Below, in pieces: positions 1 through 12,330 of a stretch of DNA of 64,000 nucleotides. The translations under genes were made by a program, and so were the position numbers. Source of the DNA: Eledone cirrhosa (lineage: Eukaryota); assembly GCA_964016885.1 (NCBI GenBank), contig OZ024741.1:96782001-96846000 (forward strand), read 5' to 3'. The notes under the pieces are model-generated. The model had not been told where the DNA came from, did not search any database, and saw only the letters and a list, made by a program, of their open reading frames with translations. The first letter of the stretch is position 1, and each line of letters opens with the position of its first letter.

Positions 1-419
1 ACGTCACTATAATAGTGTGTGTGTCTGTGTGTGTGTGTGTGTGTGTATGTTTGTGCAAATAACCATCGGAACCACTCGTGTCTTTTTGTTGTTGTCAAGA
101 AAACTAGATGATGTAATTTTACTATAAATTGTATATGCACCGATATACTACATCGCTTCGGTAGTAATAAGTGTGCATGCGAATCAATCGATTTTGCGAC
201 TCATACAGAAGTTTAACTTAATTGCTATACATATCATATAGACATCGCTCTGTGATCAAAAATATTGCTTCGTTACCAAGTTGTTCTGGGTTTATTCTTA
301 TCGAACAAACTAAAATCACAGAGAAACCGTTTCTATTGAACATGTCTGAAGTCTCAGATTGACTACTGCCATGTGAGTGAAATTGTATTGAACGGTTAGA
401 ATCGACTTAGCTTCCATAT

Positions 420-512
<93 letters not shown>

Positions 513-912
513 TTTATGTGTAGTGGTTCACCACTGGAAAGAACTTGTCATTCCGTTTAGTTAACCATGATGTAATAGTAAGAAAATCACTCTACATTAC
601 GCAACTCATACATCATTGATGTTGAATCTTGAGGTTGGTGCAGGAACTGCCATTGAAATATATATAGTGTTTCTGCAACAATAAAACTTTAAATGAACAT
701 TACCAGTCCAGCCTCTTAAGAGAGAGAGAGAGAGAGAGGAAGGGAGGGTGGGGGAGAGAAAAGGTGGAATTAGAAATAGCACGGAAAATATATTTTAGGG
801 TCTTTTTCTTTTTTTTCCTTTATTTCATTCGTCAAAGTGACATTATTGAAAAATGAGAGGGAAAATTCTTCTAAAAATGAGTTTTATAATGTATATAAAG
901 TATATAATGTAT

Positions 913-950
913 AACCGGTTTCGATGTATTAGTAAAATTCATCTTATCAA
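913..950 (-). ncRNA. Degenerate minimal hammerhead ribozyme-like motif, U3-A8 core variant
   Basis: Minus strand reads TTGATAA-GATG..CATC-GAAAC-CG-GTT, with a helix II stem and a palindromic AACCGGTT helix III. The helix I partner is not evident. Confidence 0.35.
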
Positions 951-1314
951 AAGCTGAGTATTGCAATTAAAAAGAATTAATAAGAATTAAAAACTAAAAA
1001 TTAAAGTTTTAATATTAAGTGTTGAGGAAAGTTTTTTCACTTCCTTGTTGAGAAATATATATATACATATATATATATATAGCGTGTAGGTGTGGGTGCG
1101 CATTTGTGTAAGTAATTTTATTTATGTCATGTAAATGTTATTTAAGTCATGTATCTTACTAAGGAGTTCCGGCTCTATGTACACGTACTCATCAATAGAG
1201 CATGACTAACGTACATGATTGTCTCCTGACCTAGAACACATCCCGAAGAAACTCAATAATTAGAGGACATCGACTCAAACTTAATAAAAAATATGTATAT
1301 ATATATAAAATATG

Positions 1315-1349
<35 letters not shown>

Positions 1350-1426
1350 CTGTATATATACATACATATATTCAGTGCTTAAGACAGATTGAAATAACAT
1401 GCATTCAAAGCTTAGTATGCATTACT

Positions 1427-1491
<65 letters not shown>

Positions 1492-2399
1492 TCATGTATA
1501 TGCATATGCAGGGGAAACCAAAGCTGCATTTGCGTCAGCTGCTACTCCAGTATCTTATTGCTGGAGTATAATTCGTTAGGCTTAGTTATGTACATAGCGA
1601 TCGAAATGTTTCTTCATTCGTCTTTTTCTTTTCCTATTAAAATTTGTCCATTTCCCCCTCTTTTTCCCCGTTTTATTCTCTTTGCTTTCTATTATATTTC
1701 TTCTAATAATCTTCCTTTAAAATGTTTTATACATGTTATCTGCCGCACAAATATGTAATGTATTCTCTCAGTTGTACCATTTCTAGTGAATAAACGTAAT
1801 CAAGTTTGAAAACACAGAAGTCACTTGAAAAACAGTTCAGAGAAACAGTAATGCATACTAATTGTTGAATGCATGTTATTTCAATCTACACTAAACGTTG
1901 AATATATATATATACAATATGGAAAACGAAGAATCAGTGATGCATCGTAACTCAATTTATTACGTATTAATATTGTTTCTCCGGTGAACAGCTCGAGGTG
2001 TGATCTGTGTGTGGATCGAACCTGACTCTGGATTCGCAAGTTCCTCAGATACGTCTAGTGATTTCGATGCAAATTCTCTTTCTGCTGGTCTCCGACCCTT
2101 CGAATGTTTATCATCTGCCATCATCCTGTTTACACGGCATGTAGATTGGTTGATAGTTCACGGCGTCATCATAGTGCTTGACCATTGAAATCTGCACACT
2201 GACCATGTCCACTCAGGTGTGAGCTGTCACACACCCCAGTCCCGTCGCCCTATAAATTACGCATCCTACCAACCATACTACACACTCACACAGACCCCCC
2301 CACACACACATACACATATATATATATATATGAATATACACACACACACACATATATATATATATGTATATATACACATATATATATATATATATATAT

Positions 2400-2823
2400 G
2401 TTACTAGATATTAATTCTTTATAATTATCTCCAAATTATTTGTCGAGCAATATTGGCCATGACTGCTGCTATGGTAGCAGGCAGGCCGCTGTCTTATTAG
2501 CAAATCACTTTCCACTGATTGACCTCGATGTCACGTGATTGATTCTTTTTGAATTTGCCACCGACGCAGAGGCAGTGATTTTCTCAATGGCTAGGAATTC
2601 AGTCCACGCTTTGCTATTTTCTATCCACTGAATTATTTTTTAATAAGTTTCCAGTGTCCACGCTTTGCCTGGATACTTAGATGAGAATAGACTTCCCTGA
2701 CGACGGAATGCTTCTTTGTATCTTCTTCGGAAAATATATTTATTCCATTCCAGAAACTAATTAGTTGGAAGTGATATTTTAGTAAGTAAGTTAATTTTAT
2801 AATTTTCTTATTTTACGTCTCTC

Positions 2824-2830
<7 letters not shown>
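2400..2830 (+). mobile_element. Non-coding PLE pLTR-like repeat between (TA)n tracts; relative at ~33.7-34.28 kb
   Basis: Segment 2510-2565 (CACTGATTGACCTCGATGTCACGTGATTGATTCTTTTTGAATTTGCCACCGA) matches the reverse complement at ~33830-33882. The 3' part 2757-2825 matches 34211-34278. Contains an HHR motif. Confidence 0.6.
2691..2772 (+). ncRNA. Type I hammerhead ribozyme motif with long helix II
   Basis: ACTTCC-CTGACGA-C-GGAATG...CATTCC-A-GAAAC-TAATTA-GTT-GGAAGT: perfect 6-bp helix I, canonical core, 6-bp helix II, palindromic AACTAATTAGTT helix III. Confidence 0.75.
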
Positions 2831-2879
<49 letters not shown>

Positions 2880-3199
2880 ATGTGTATATGTGTGTGTGTG
2901 TCTGTGTGTTCGTGTGAATGTATGTATATATATGTAGAGAGAGATTAGTAGATCCCCAATGTTTATCGTTAATTAAGCACAATTACATATGGTACTCAAT
3001 ACATTAGTAGAGAATAGCCAGATATATTATATTATAGAAATTACTTCTACAGGACTAGAACTATTTCATTCGTAAGACTCAACAGGACTATTCTATTTAT
3101 TTCTTACGAATCAGGCAGCACTTGTCCCAAAGGAGTCATTTCTATAATAACATAAATAACTACTTACACAAGAATATAAATATGTTGTGCGTATATATT

Positions 3200-3273
<74 letters not shown>

Positions 3274-3430
3274 ATACTGTGGGAGGGTCATGTTGCCAAT
3301 AAGAAACACACGCACCAGTTGCTTTCACTTCAATTTATTAATATTTATAAATTTATAAATTTGCAAATCTACAAATTTATAAATTTCTGGTTGGTTGGTT
3401 GGTTCCACAACCAGATAGTTGTTTATATAT

Positions 3431-3475
3431 AGTCATAGTCCTTTCGTCACACACTCTGTGACCTCTTCAGTGACT
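3431..3475 (-). ncRNA. Minimal type I hammerhead ribozyme motif (left arm copy)
   Basis: Reverse complement of 4237-4281. Confidence 0.7.
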
Positions 3476-3867
3476 GGGGATTTCTTTCTTTGTTTCTGTG
3501 CCTTTCCTTTCTTCTGTCCTACGCCATTTTGTTTCTGTGTGTGTGTTGTGTGCTTCAGTTTGCGCATGCGCCACATCCGGGTGTCTGTATGTGTTTGTGT
3601 TCATTTATCTATTTGTTTATTTATTTGCATGTTATTGGTTGGTTGTTTGTTCTATGTGTGTGTGTGTTTTCATTTTGTCCTTAATTGTAAGTTGTGATGT
3701 TGTTGTTCCACTCATATTTTCTATTTAATTTTGGTTGTAATTCTTTTATGTTTATTGCCTCTGTAATTTGTCTAAACATTGCATCTTTTCTGTGTGTAGA
3801 TTCTATTTTTATTTCTATGTTCTCTAATTTACCCTTGTGTTCTATGTTCTCTAATTTACCCTTGTTA

Positions 3868-4032
3868 CACAAGGGTAAATTAGAGAACATAGAAATAGAA
3901 ATAAAAATAGAATCTACACACAGAAAAGATGCAATGTTTAGACAAATTACAGAGGCAATAAACATAAAAGAATTACAACCAAAATTAAATAGAAAATATG
4001 AGTGGAACAGCAACATCACAACTTACAATTAA
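3868..4032 (+). pseudogene. C-terminal fragment of PLE GIY-YIG endonuclease (mirrored on - at 3681-3865)
   Basis: HKGKLENIEIEIKIESTHRKDAMFRQITEAINIKELQPKLNRKYEW fits the R-x3-EA-x-I-x4-P-x-LN pattern ending PLE GIY-YIG domains. Confidence 0.6.
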
Positions 4033-4236
4033 GGACAAAATGAAAACACACACACACATAGAACAAACAACCAACCAATAACATGCAAATAAATAAACAA
4101 ATAGATAAATGAACACAAACACACACAGACACCCGGATGCGGCGCATGCGCAAACTGAGCACACAACACACACACAGAAACAAAATGGCGTAGGACAGAA
4201 GAAAGGAAAGGCACAGAAACAAAGAAAGAAATCCCC

Positions 4237-4281
4237 AGTCACTGAAGAGGTCACAGAGTGTGTGACGAAAGGACTATGACT
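4237..4281 (+). ncRNA. Minimal type I hammerhead ribozyme motif
   Basis: AGTCA-CTGAAGA-G-GTCACA-GAGTG-TGTGAC-GAAAG-GA-CTA-TGACT: 5-bp helix I, 6-bp helix II, AG/CT helix III, CUA cleavage triplet. Confidence 0.7.
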
Positions 4282-4501
4282 ATATATAAACAACTATCTG
4301 TTTGTGGAACCAACCAACCAACCAGAAATTTATAAATTTGTAGATTTGCAAATTTATAAATTTATAAATATATAATAAATTGAAGTGAAAGCAACTGGTG
4401 CATGTATTTCTTATTGGCAACATGACCCTCCCAAAGTATAACAATATCGGTTTCAACACACGATTTCAGATAAAGAATCTTGCTAAACAAATTCAGAAAC
4501 G

Positions 4502-4553
<52 letters not shown>

Positions 4554-4797
4554 ATATATACATATTATATATAGCGTTATAAACTCAAATAGTCTTTTAC
4601 AGTTAAATAGCTCAAAGAAAGGAATATTTCCGAGCCGTGTAATACAAATGAATATATGATAGGGATAAACACTGATACAAGTATACCTGTGTTCGCATTG
4701 CAAATGACCAAGTTAGCTAGATTGAAAAATACTAATTAAAATAATACGATTTAAAATAATAAATCAATAAAAACAAACCTATATTGGCAATAGCCGT

Positions 4798-4874
4798 GAT
4801 ACCCGGACAAATTTTTAATTTGTTTCGCAACAATTAAGTGAAAGTTCCAATTCCTGTGCTCTTCTGCAGGTGTC
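4798..4874 (-). ncRNA. Hammerhead-like motif with CAGAAGA core (copy 1)
   Basis: Minus strand GACACCTG-CAGAAGA-GCA...TGC-GAAAC-AAATT..AATTT-GTC-CGGGTATC. Confidence 0.55.
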
Positions 4875-5210
4875 TAGAAATTGGTTTCACTTCAAAATAC
4901 TTAAGAAGACTGAGATAAATGTGTTGTTGAACGCACATATGTCACAGCGCCCTAGTTAGTCCGATACTCGTGTCGCTAAAAATAGCAGCCGGTTTTATGG
5001 GACTAAAAATTAGCTCTACCTATCGAGCCGAGACTATTATTTATAGAGTTATAAACTCAAATAGTCTTTTACAATTAAATAGCTCAGAGAAAGGAATATT
5101 TCCGAGCCGTGTAATACAAATGAATATATGATAGGGATAAACACTGATACAAGTATACATGTGTTCGCATTGCAAATGACCAAGTTAGCTATATTGAAAA
5201 ATACTAATTG

Positions 5211-5301
5211 GATACCCGCAGAAGAGCACAGGAATAGGAACTTTCACTTAATTGTTGCGAAACAAATTTAAAATTAAAAAGTTAAAATTTGTCCGGGTAT
5301 C
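5211..5301 (+). ncRNA. Hammerhead-like motif with CAGAAGA core (copy 2)
   Basis: GATACCCG-CAGAAGA-GCA...TGC-GAAAC-AAATTT...AAATTT-GTC-CGGGTATC: perfect 8-bp helix I, 8-bp helix III, GUC triplet. Core position 4 is A instead of U. Confidence 0.6.
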
Positions 5302-5454
5302 ACGGCTATTGCCAATATAGGTTTGTTTTTATTGATTTATTATTTTAAATCGTATTATTTTAATTAGTATTTTTCAATCTAGCTAACTTGGTCATTTGCA
5401 ATGCGAACACATGTATACTTGTATCATTGTTTATCCCTATCATATATTCATTTG

Positions 5455-5581
<127 letters not shown>

Positions 5582-6227
5582 ATATATATTTATATGTATA
5601 TATATGTGTGTGTGTGTGTGTCTGTTTATTTAATGTGTGCGTGTTTTTCTCATTCATTTATTCTCTCCGTTTATCACACACACATACACACACACACGTA
5701 TATATATATATATATATATTGTTCAGTACTATCTCTGATATATCATGGCGTAACATATTAATATGAATTGTGTTATACATAGGCTGTTAGAATTGCAAGT
5801 ATTAACTGTATTTCCGCCATGTTAGCTATTAGAGAACATGGAGGACACATTTCTGTTTCATGGTTCACATCATAGTGCAGAAATTCTCCACAGACGGCTG
5901 ATTTTCTCTTTATTACCATTCCGCTGATGCCTTTAACTTCTCATGTTCACACACAATGATGCAGACACAAACATAGATCCTATGATACTCACACATGTTT
6001 TCACACATACACGTAAATGCATTAATATCTAATACGTATTATGCAAATACATGCACAGAATCGTTCACACAACAAATAGACACAGACACCAACATATATA
6101 TATATATATACATATTGAAATATATTTACATATTTATTTGCATGCATTTCACACAATTTTGTACATATTTTCATACATACATACATACATATTGTTAGAC
6201 ATTTTATATAGACACATATGAACGTAG

Positions 6228-6288
<61 letters not shown>

Positions 6289-6510
6289 AGTAGATTTATT
6301 GAATTGTTTTTTTTTGATTACAGAGAAGTATTCTAGATTACACGTCACATAAACCCTCTTACCGGGGAAAATCTGCATTAAACCTGCAGGACCATTTGTC
6401 TCGTTAAGGGAGATTATATGCCTGCTTATTTAGACTAACCTATAGGAAAAAAAGATGAAGCCTCTAACTTTCTCATAAATTTCAAATAGCCCTTTCTGTT
6501 TCCAAAACAC

Positions 6511-6541
<31 letters not shown>

Positions 6542-6632
6542 CCCCCACTCTCAAGCATGAAACTAATACTAATATCGTTTGTACTGCCTCTCCATTTTTT
6601 GTTCTCTGTTTATTTATTAAACTATAAATATA

Positions 6633-6874
6633 TAGAAGTGGTTACACAACAGTTAGTTCACCATAGCGAGAACAATTGTTTCACCTTATCGGATCCTCAG
6701 CTCGTAATGGACATGGTTATACTGAAGTATAACCATGTCCATTACGAGCTGAGGATCCGCTAAGGTGAAACAATTGGTATGGTGAACTAACTGTTGTGTA
6801 ACCACTTCTACCTAACTCGTCCCATGGACTGAGTGCTCTACAACTACGGATATTACCTTCCAGTGTTCTACCAC
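6633..6874. mobile_element. Fold-back mini-element: 178-bp hairpin (centre ~6724) plus ~64-bp tail
   Basis: 6633-6723 and 6726-6810 are reverse complements (one 7-nt indel). TA-rich flanks. Carries an HHR. Confidence 0.75.
6667..6704 (-). ncRNA. Minimal type I hammerhead ribozyme motif
   Basis: Minus strand CGAG-CTGAGGA-T-CC-GATAA-GG-T-GAAAC-AATT-GTT-CTCG. The plus-arm copy (~6745-6776) has lost the cleavage site and 3' helix I. Confidence 0.65.
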
Positions 6875-6887
6875 TATATATATATAA

Positions 6888-7100
6888 ATATAATAAAGAA
6901 GAAATTAAAAGATGGTTAAAAGAGATCCATATATTTTCTTATGCGCATTTCGAATACAAAATCATTATTTTGTATTTATTCGAAATACGCATAATAAAAT
7001 ATGCATAATAAAATATATGGATCTCTTTTAACCATCTTTTAATTTCTTCTTTATTATATATACTCCAGTTCTACCAACTGTTGAGTACTACTTATCTGAT
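6888..7100. mobile_element. Fold-back mini-element: ~172-bp hairpin plus short tail
   Basis: 6888-~6960 and ~6967-7059 are reverse complements. A CGAAATGCGCATA / CGAAATACGCATA remnant resembles the 3' half of an HHR. Confidence 0.6.
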
Positions 7101-7138
7101 ATATGCATAGTTTTATTGTTCCACAATATTACTCACCT

Positions 7139-7292
<154 letters not shown>

Positions 7293-7390
7293 TATAGACA
7301 TAGAATATTCGAAAATATTCTGTATGTTTATAATAAACATTTTGAAGACCTAATCGCTATAGAATAGAATACGTCACGTATTACAATTAG

Positions 7391-7479
7391 ATTCTCGATA
7401 AAAGCAAGGGAAGTAATCTACGCGTTTCATTCTTATTAGAAATCTTCAGGACTACATATCCAGTGCTTTTATCGAGAAT
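7391..7479 (-). ncRNA. Type I hammerhead ribozyme with extended helix I (representative; cores also at 7723, 8033, 8343, 8546, 9697 on -)
   Basis: Minus strand GTAGTC-CTGAAGA-T-TTCT-AATA-AGAA-T-GAAAC-GC-GTA-GATTAC (7413-7455), enclosed by the 16-bp inverted repeat ATTCTCGATAAAAGCA (7391-7406) / TGCTTTTATCGAGAAT (7464-7479). Confidence 0.85.
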
Positions 7480-9045
7480 GACACAGCTAGAGACTTATAG
7501 AATACTTAGCTGTGTACAGGAACTGGTTTGAAAGAGCGGTTGCCGGTCCGGCAGAAATTAGAAATTGGAATAAATGCTCTGAAATAGCGATATATATGTG
7601 AATATAGACATAGAATATTCGAAAATATACTGTATGTTTATAATAAACATTTTGAAGACCTAATCGCTATAGAATAGAATACGTCACGTATTACAATTAG
7701 ATTCTCGATAAAAGCAAGGGAAGTAATCTACGCGTTTCATTCTTATTAGAAATCTTCAGGACTACATATCCAGTGCTTTTATCGAGAATGACACAGCTAG
7801 AGACTTATAGAATAATTAGCTGTGTACAGGAACTGGTTTGAAAGAGCGGTTGCCGGTCCGGCAGAAATTAGAAATTGGAATAAATGCTCTGAAATAGCGA
7901 TATATATGTGAATATAGACATAGAATATTCGAAAATATTCTGTATGTTTATAATAAACATTTTGAAGACCTAATCGCTATAGAATAGAATACGTCACGTA
8001 TTACAATTAGATTCTCGATAAAAGCAAGGGAAGTAATCTACGCGTTTCATTCTTATTAGAAATCTTCAGGACTACATATCCAGTGCTTTTATCGAGAATG
8101 ACACAGCTAGAGACTTATAGAATACTTAGCTGTGTACAGGAACTGGTTTGAAAGAGCGGTTGCCGGTCCGGCAGAAATTAGAAATTGGAATAAATGCTCT
8201 GAAATAGCGATATATATGTGAATATAGACATAGAATATTCGAAAATATTCTGTATGTTTATAATAAACATTTTGAAGACCTAATCGCTATAGAATAGAAT
8301 ACGTCACGTATTACAATTAGATTCTCGATAAAAGCAAGGGAAGTAATCTACGCGTTTCATTCTTATTAGAAATCTTCAGGACTACATATCCAGTGCTTTT
8401 ATCGAGAATGACACAGCTATGTGAATATAGACATAGAATATTCGAAAATATTCTGTATGTTTATAATAAACATTTTGAAGACCTAATCGCTATAGAATAG
8501 AATACGTCACGTATTACAATTAGATTTTCGATAAAAGCAAGGGAAGTAATCTACGCGTTTCATTCTTATTAGAAATCTTCAGGACTACATATCCAGTGCT
8601 TTTATCGAGAATGACACAGCTAGAGACTTATAGAATACTTAGCTGTGTACAGGAACTGGTTTGAAAGAGCGGTTGCCGGTCCGGCAGAAATTAGAAATTG
8701 GAATAAATGCTCTGAAATAGCGATATATATGTGAATATAGACATAGAATATTCGAAAATATTCTGTATGTTTATAATAAACATTTTGAAGACCTAATCGC
8801 TATAGAGTAATACGTGACGTATTCTATTCTATAGCGATTAGGTCTTCAAAATGTTTATTATAAACATACAGAATATTTTCGAATATTCTATGTCTATATT
8901 CACATATATATCGCTATTTCAGAGCATTTATTCCAATTTCTAATTTCTGCCGGACCGGCAACCGCTCTTTCAAACCAGTTCCTGTACACAGCTAAGTATT
9001 CTATAAGTCTCTAGCTGTGTCATTCTCGATAAAAGCACTGGATAT

Positions 9046-9088
9046 GTAGTCCTGAAGATTTCTAATAAGAATGAAACGCGTAGATTAC
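9046..9088 (+). ncRNA. Type I hammerhead ribozyme core in inverted arm (second copy 9356-9398)
   Basis: GTAGTCCTGAAGATTTCTAATAAGAATGAAACGCGTAGATTAC read directly on +. Confidence 0.85.
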
Positions 9089-9892
9089 TTCCCTTGCTTT
9101 TATCGAGAATCTAATTGTAATACGTGACGTATTCTATTCTATAGCGATTAGGTCTTCAAAATGTTTATTATAAACATACAGAATATTTTCGAATATTCTA
9201 TGTCTATATTCACATATATATCGCTATTTCAGAGCATTTATTCCAATTTCTAATTTCTGCCGGACCGGCAACCGCTCTTTCAAACCAGTTCCTGTACACA
9301 GCTAAGTATTCTATAAGTCTCTAGCTGTGTCATTCTCGATAAAAGCACTGGATATGTAGTCCTGAAGATTTCTAATAAGAATGAAACGCGTAGATTACTT
9401 CCCTTGCTTTTATCGAGAATCTAATTGTAATACGTGACGTATTCTATTCTATAGCGATTAGGTCTTCAAAATGTTTATTATAAACATACAGAATATTTTC
9501 GAATATTCTATGTCTATATTCACATATATATCGCTATTTCAGAGCATTTATTCCAATTTCTATATATATATATATATATAGACATAGAATATTCGAAAAT
9601 ATTCTGTATGTTTATAATAAACATTTTGAAGACCTAATCGCTATAGAATAGAATACGTCACGTATTACAATTAGATTCTCGATAAAAGCAAGGGAAGTAA
9701 CCTACGCGTTTCATTCTTATTAGAAATCTTCAGGATTACATATCCAGTGCTTTTATCTAATTGTAATACATGACGTATTCTATTCTATAGCGATTAGGTC
9801 TTCAAAATGTTTATTATAAACATACAGAATATTTTCGAATATTCTATGTCTATCTTCACATATATATCGCTTTTTCAGAGCATTTAATCCAA

Positions 9893-9955
<63 letters not shown>

Positions 9956-9976
9956 TATAAAAAAAACGATAAAAGT

Positions 9977-10146
9977 CAGTGAAATTCCACCATAACGAAA
10001 TTCACGCGGTATAAATTCGTTGTAACGAAAATATCTTTATAACGAGATCGACCTAAAGTATCGAGCGTGTGGCTTGGGATTGAAAAAAATGTTGTTCTAC
10101 TGAAAAATTCGTTATAATGGTATTCGTTATAACGGACTTTTACTTG
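9977..10146. mobile_element. Tigger/pogo-like MITE
   Basis: Imperfect terminal inverted repeats CAGTGAAATTCCACCATAACGAA ... TTCGTTATAACGGACTTTTACTTG followed by TA, with internal repeats of ATAACGAA/TTCGTTAT. Confidence 0.55.
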
Positions 10147-10920
10147 TATATAAATATATTTATAATCAAACATTCAAATTTGCAGAGTAATTTGATCATC
10201 TAGTTAAATTTTAGGATTTTGTTTAAAAGTCAAACCCCAGAATAATTGGTCTACATACGTTTAGATATTTTAGTTTTATGAAGAGTCACGCCTACAAGGA
10301 ATTACTTGAAGTAGTACGTTTAAAAAAATAGCCATCTAATTTGATGTGTACATTATTACATGCAGTGGTAGCTTGCGTATACTAAGTATGTAGGGTGCGC
10401 AAATTGATACATGCTTATCTAACATATACATGTGATTTTACTTATACGTGAGGTTATCAGCACAAGCTTTCTGAATATTCTAATTATTATATAGTATACG
10501 TGCTATCAGGATTTCACTGACTAACGTCAGAGATGGTAATGCGAGGGATACATTTGGAATTCATATTGATTAAAATTAAATTGAAGCAAAGTACAATGGA
10601 GAAAGTTTGACATATAGTCAGTAATACGCACATCTGAATGAGATTGTATTTATGTACCTACATATGTCTGTTTTTTCAATCTCTTAATTTTGAGTTTACT
10701 TTTGTGCGGCCACCTTCCTGGTGGCAAGGTTGTAAAAAGAATAAAAGGAACTTTTCTTTGTAATCGTTTATCCTTTGAATCTTAAAAATGTCTTACAGGT
10801 TTTGAAGGTTACCGGCCACATGTAGCTTATGAATCATGGAGCGACGTTCTTTCTCCAGAAATCCAAGCTGAAGTATACTTTGGTCCAGGTAGGTTCCTAT
10901 ACAGCCTGTAGATCTAATAA

Positions 10921-11101
10921 TTGTTTCTACTTTTGGCACAAGGTCAGCAATTATCCCAGTACATTACTGGTACTTTATTTTATCGACCCCGTAAGGATGA
11001 AAGGCAAAGTTAACCTTGGCGGGATTTAAACTCAGAACGTTAAGGGATGTAACTCTGGTGTAAAGCATGGCGTCCAATCCTCTACCGATACTGCCAATTC
11101 A
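10921..11101 (-). mobile_element. tRNA-derived SINE (octopus-type family) with TSD
   Basis: Conserved core TTTTATCGACCCCGTAAGGATGAAAGGCAAAG and a B-box-like GAGTTTAAATCC on -. TSD AGATCTAATA at 10910-10919 and 11102-11111. Confidence 0.9.
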
Positions 11102-11899
11102 AGATCTAATATTGACTGCTATAAGGCTCCTACGTGTATCTTGTATATTAGATCTGCAGACTCTTATCAATGGTCCATAGATATTCTAATTCTCCGGCAA
11201 TTTTCTTATCATATTTATATCAAGTATGTTGGTGACTCCTACGCCAGAACATGTTAATGTGTCGTTCCAAACAACAAAATCAGACCATTTGTTTGATTTG
11301 GTGTAAAGTTTTACATTTAGGTTCCACCAGTATTCCTTTCAGCCATTCGTCTCAACACTTAACATATTTCCTCCAGTTGATATTATTTTCGTCTTCGGTA
11401 ATTCATTCCAGATAGTTTTAGCTATCACATTATGCCTCACGGGGCTGTGTTAATGTATTTATGCATATTTTTGAGTATGTATGTTTGTATGCGTGTATGC
11501 ATGTATAGATTATGTATACCTGTCTTTATATATCATTCTAAGTACTCATGTGTGTCTGTGTGGGTGTGTACGTATATATATACTTACATGTAGGTATATA
11601 TGCATGCATATATGTATATATGTACGTATGTATGTATGTATATATGTATGCATGTATGTATGTTTGTATGTAGCTATAAATAAGAGAAAGAAAAATACGT
11701 ATTTCAAATGAATCCCTATTCCTTCACTGAAGGTGGTCGAAATATTAAGCACAATGTCTTCAAATCATGCTCACTCGCTCACGAGAAAGAATGGGGTTAG
11801 ATAAAAGAAAGAATGGGGTTAGATAACATACTTGAAAAAACTCTGCTACTGCGAACAAATCTGTTGATAGTTGGAAAAGCCTCAATTATTGGTTTTGTC

Positions 11900-12330
11900 G
11901 AACTCACATGATATGCTATGAAGCTTTAAAAAATAGTCAGTTTGACTCGGACACGAGTGGAGTTTGAGATACTTGTCAAGGAACAGGCAAACTCTGTATG
12001 AAGAAATCATGTACGAACCACAATCGACAAATCAACACTTGAAACACATTAAAAATAGGCAGAAAGAGAATAACAAGGCAAAATATTCTCTGTCAGGGAG
12101 TTGGATTATTCTAATGAATTCGGCTTCAGCTGAGCCAGAGGTTCCAAAATGAATAATGTACGTAACTGAAAGAAATTAGTGTCACCGTTTTCCCATAACT
12201 CACTATCAGTGGAAAAATGGTCGCTCTACAATCCACCAGTCATACATTAAAGATATATGATAATGTAAGGGTACCACATGCATAGTCATGGAAAAACTGG
12301 TGAAACGTATCAACGCCTTGTTTTAGCATG
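11900..12330 (+). pseudogene. Highly decayed mariner-type transposase remnant
   Basis: QSTNQHLKHIK and GSWII resemble mariner STIxxHLxxIG..GxWVP. EKWSLYN at 12212-12232 resembles the DEKWxLYxN catalytic motif. Confidence 0.4.

Larger units (their letters stand above)
3266..4503. mobile_element. Fold-back Penelope-like element 3' end: 1.18-kb palindrome plus ~55-bp tail
   Basis: Arms 3266-~3865 and ~3867-4447 are near-perfect reverse complements, flanked by (TA)n. Each arm encodes ...RQITEAINIKELQPKLNRKYEW, resembling a GIY-YIG C-terminus, followed by an HHR. Confidence 0.8.

Noticed and set aside
1160-1201. Hammerhead-like traces here and at ~3050-3090, ~36783-36812, ~50400-50425 and ~58350-58392
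   Set aside because: Core bases or helices are missing or broken. They may be decayed members of the same class but cannot be supported individually.
3681-4032. Pair of antisense 112-aa ORFs as overlapping genes
   Set aside because: An artefact of the palindrome; only the distal half of each resembles protein.
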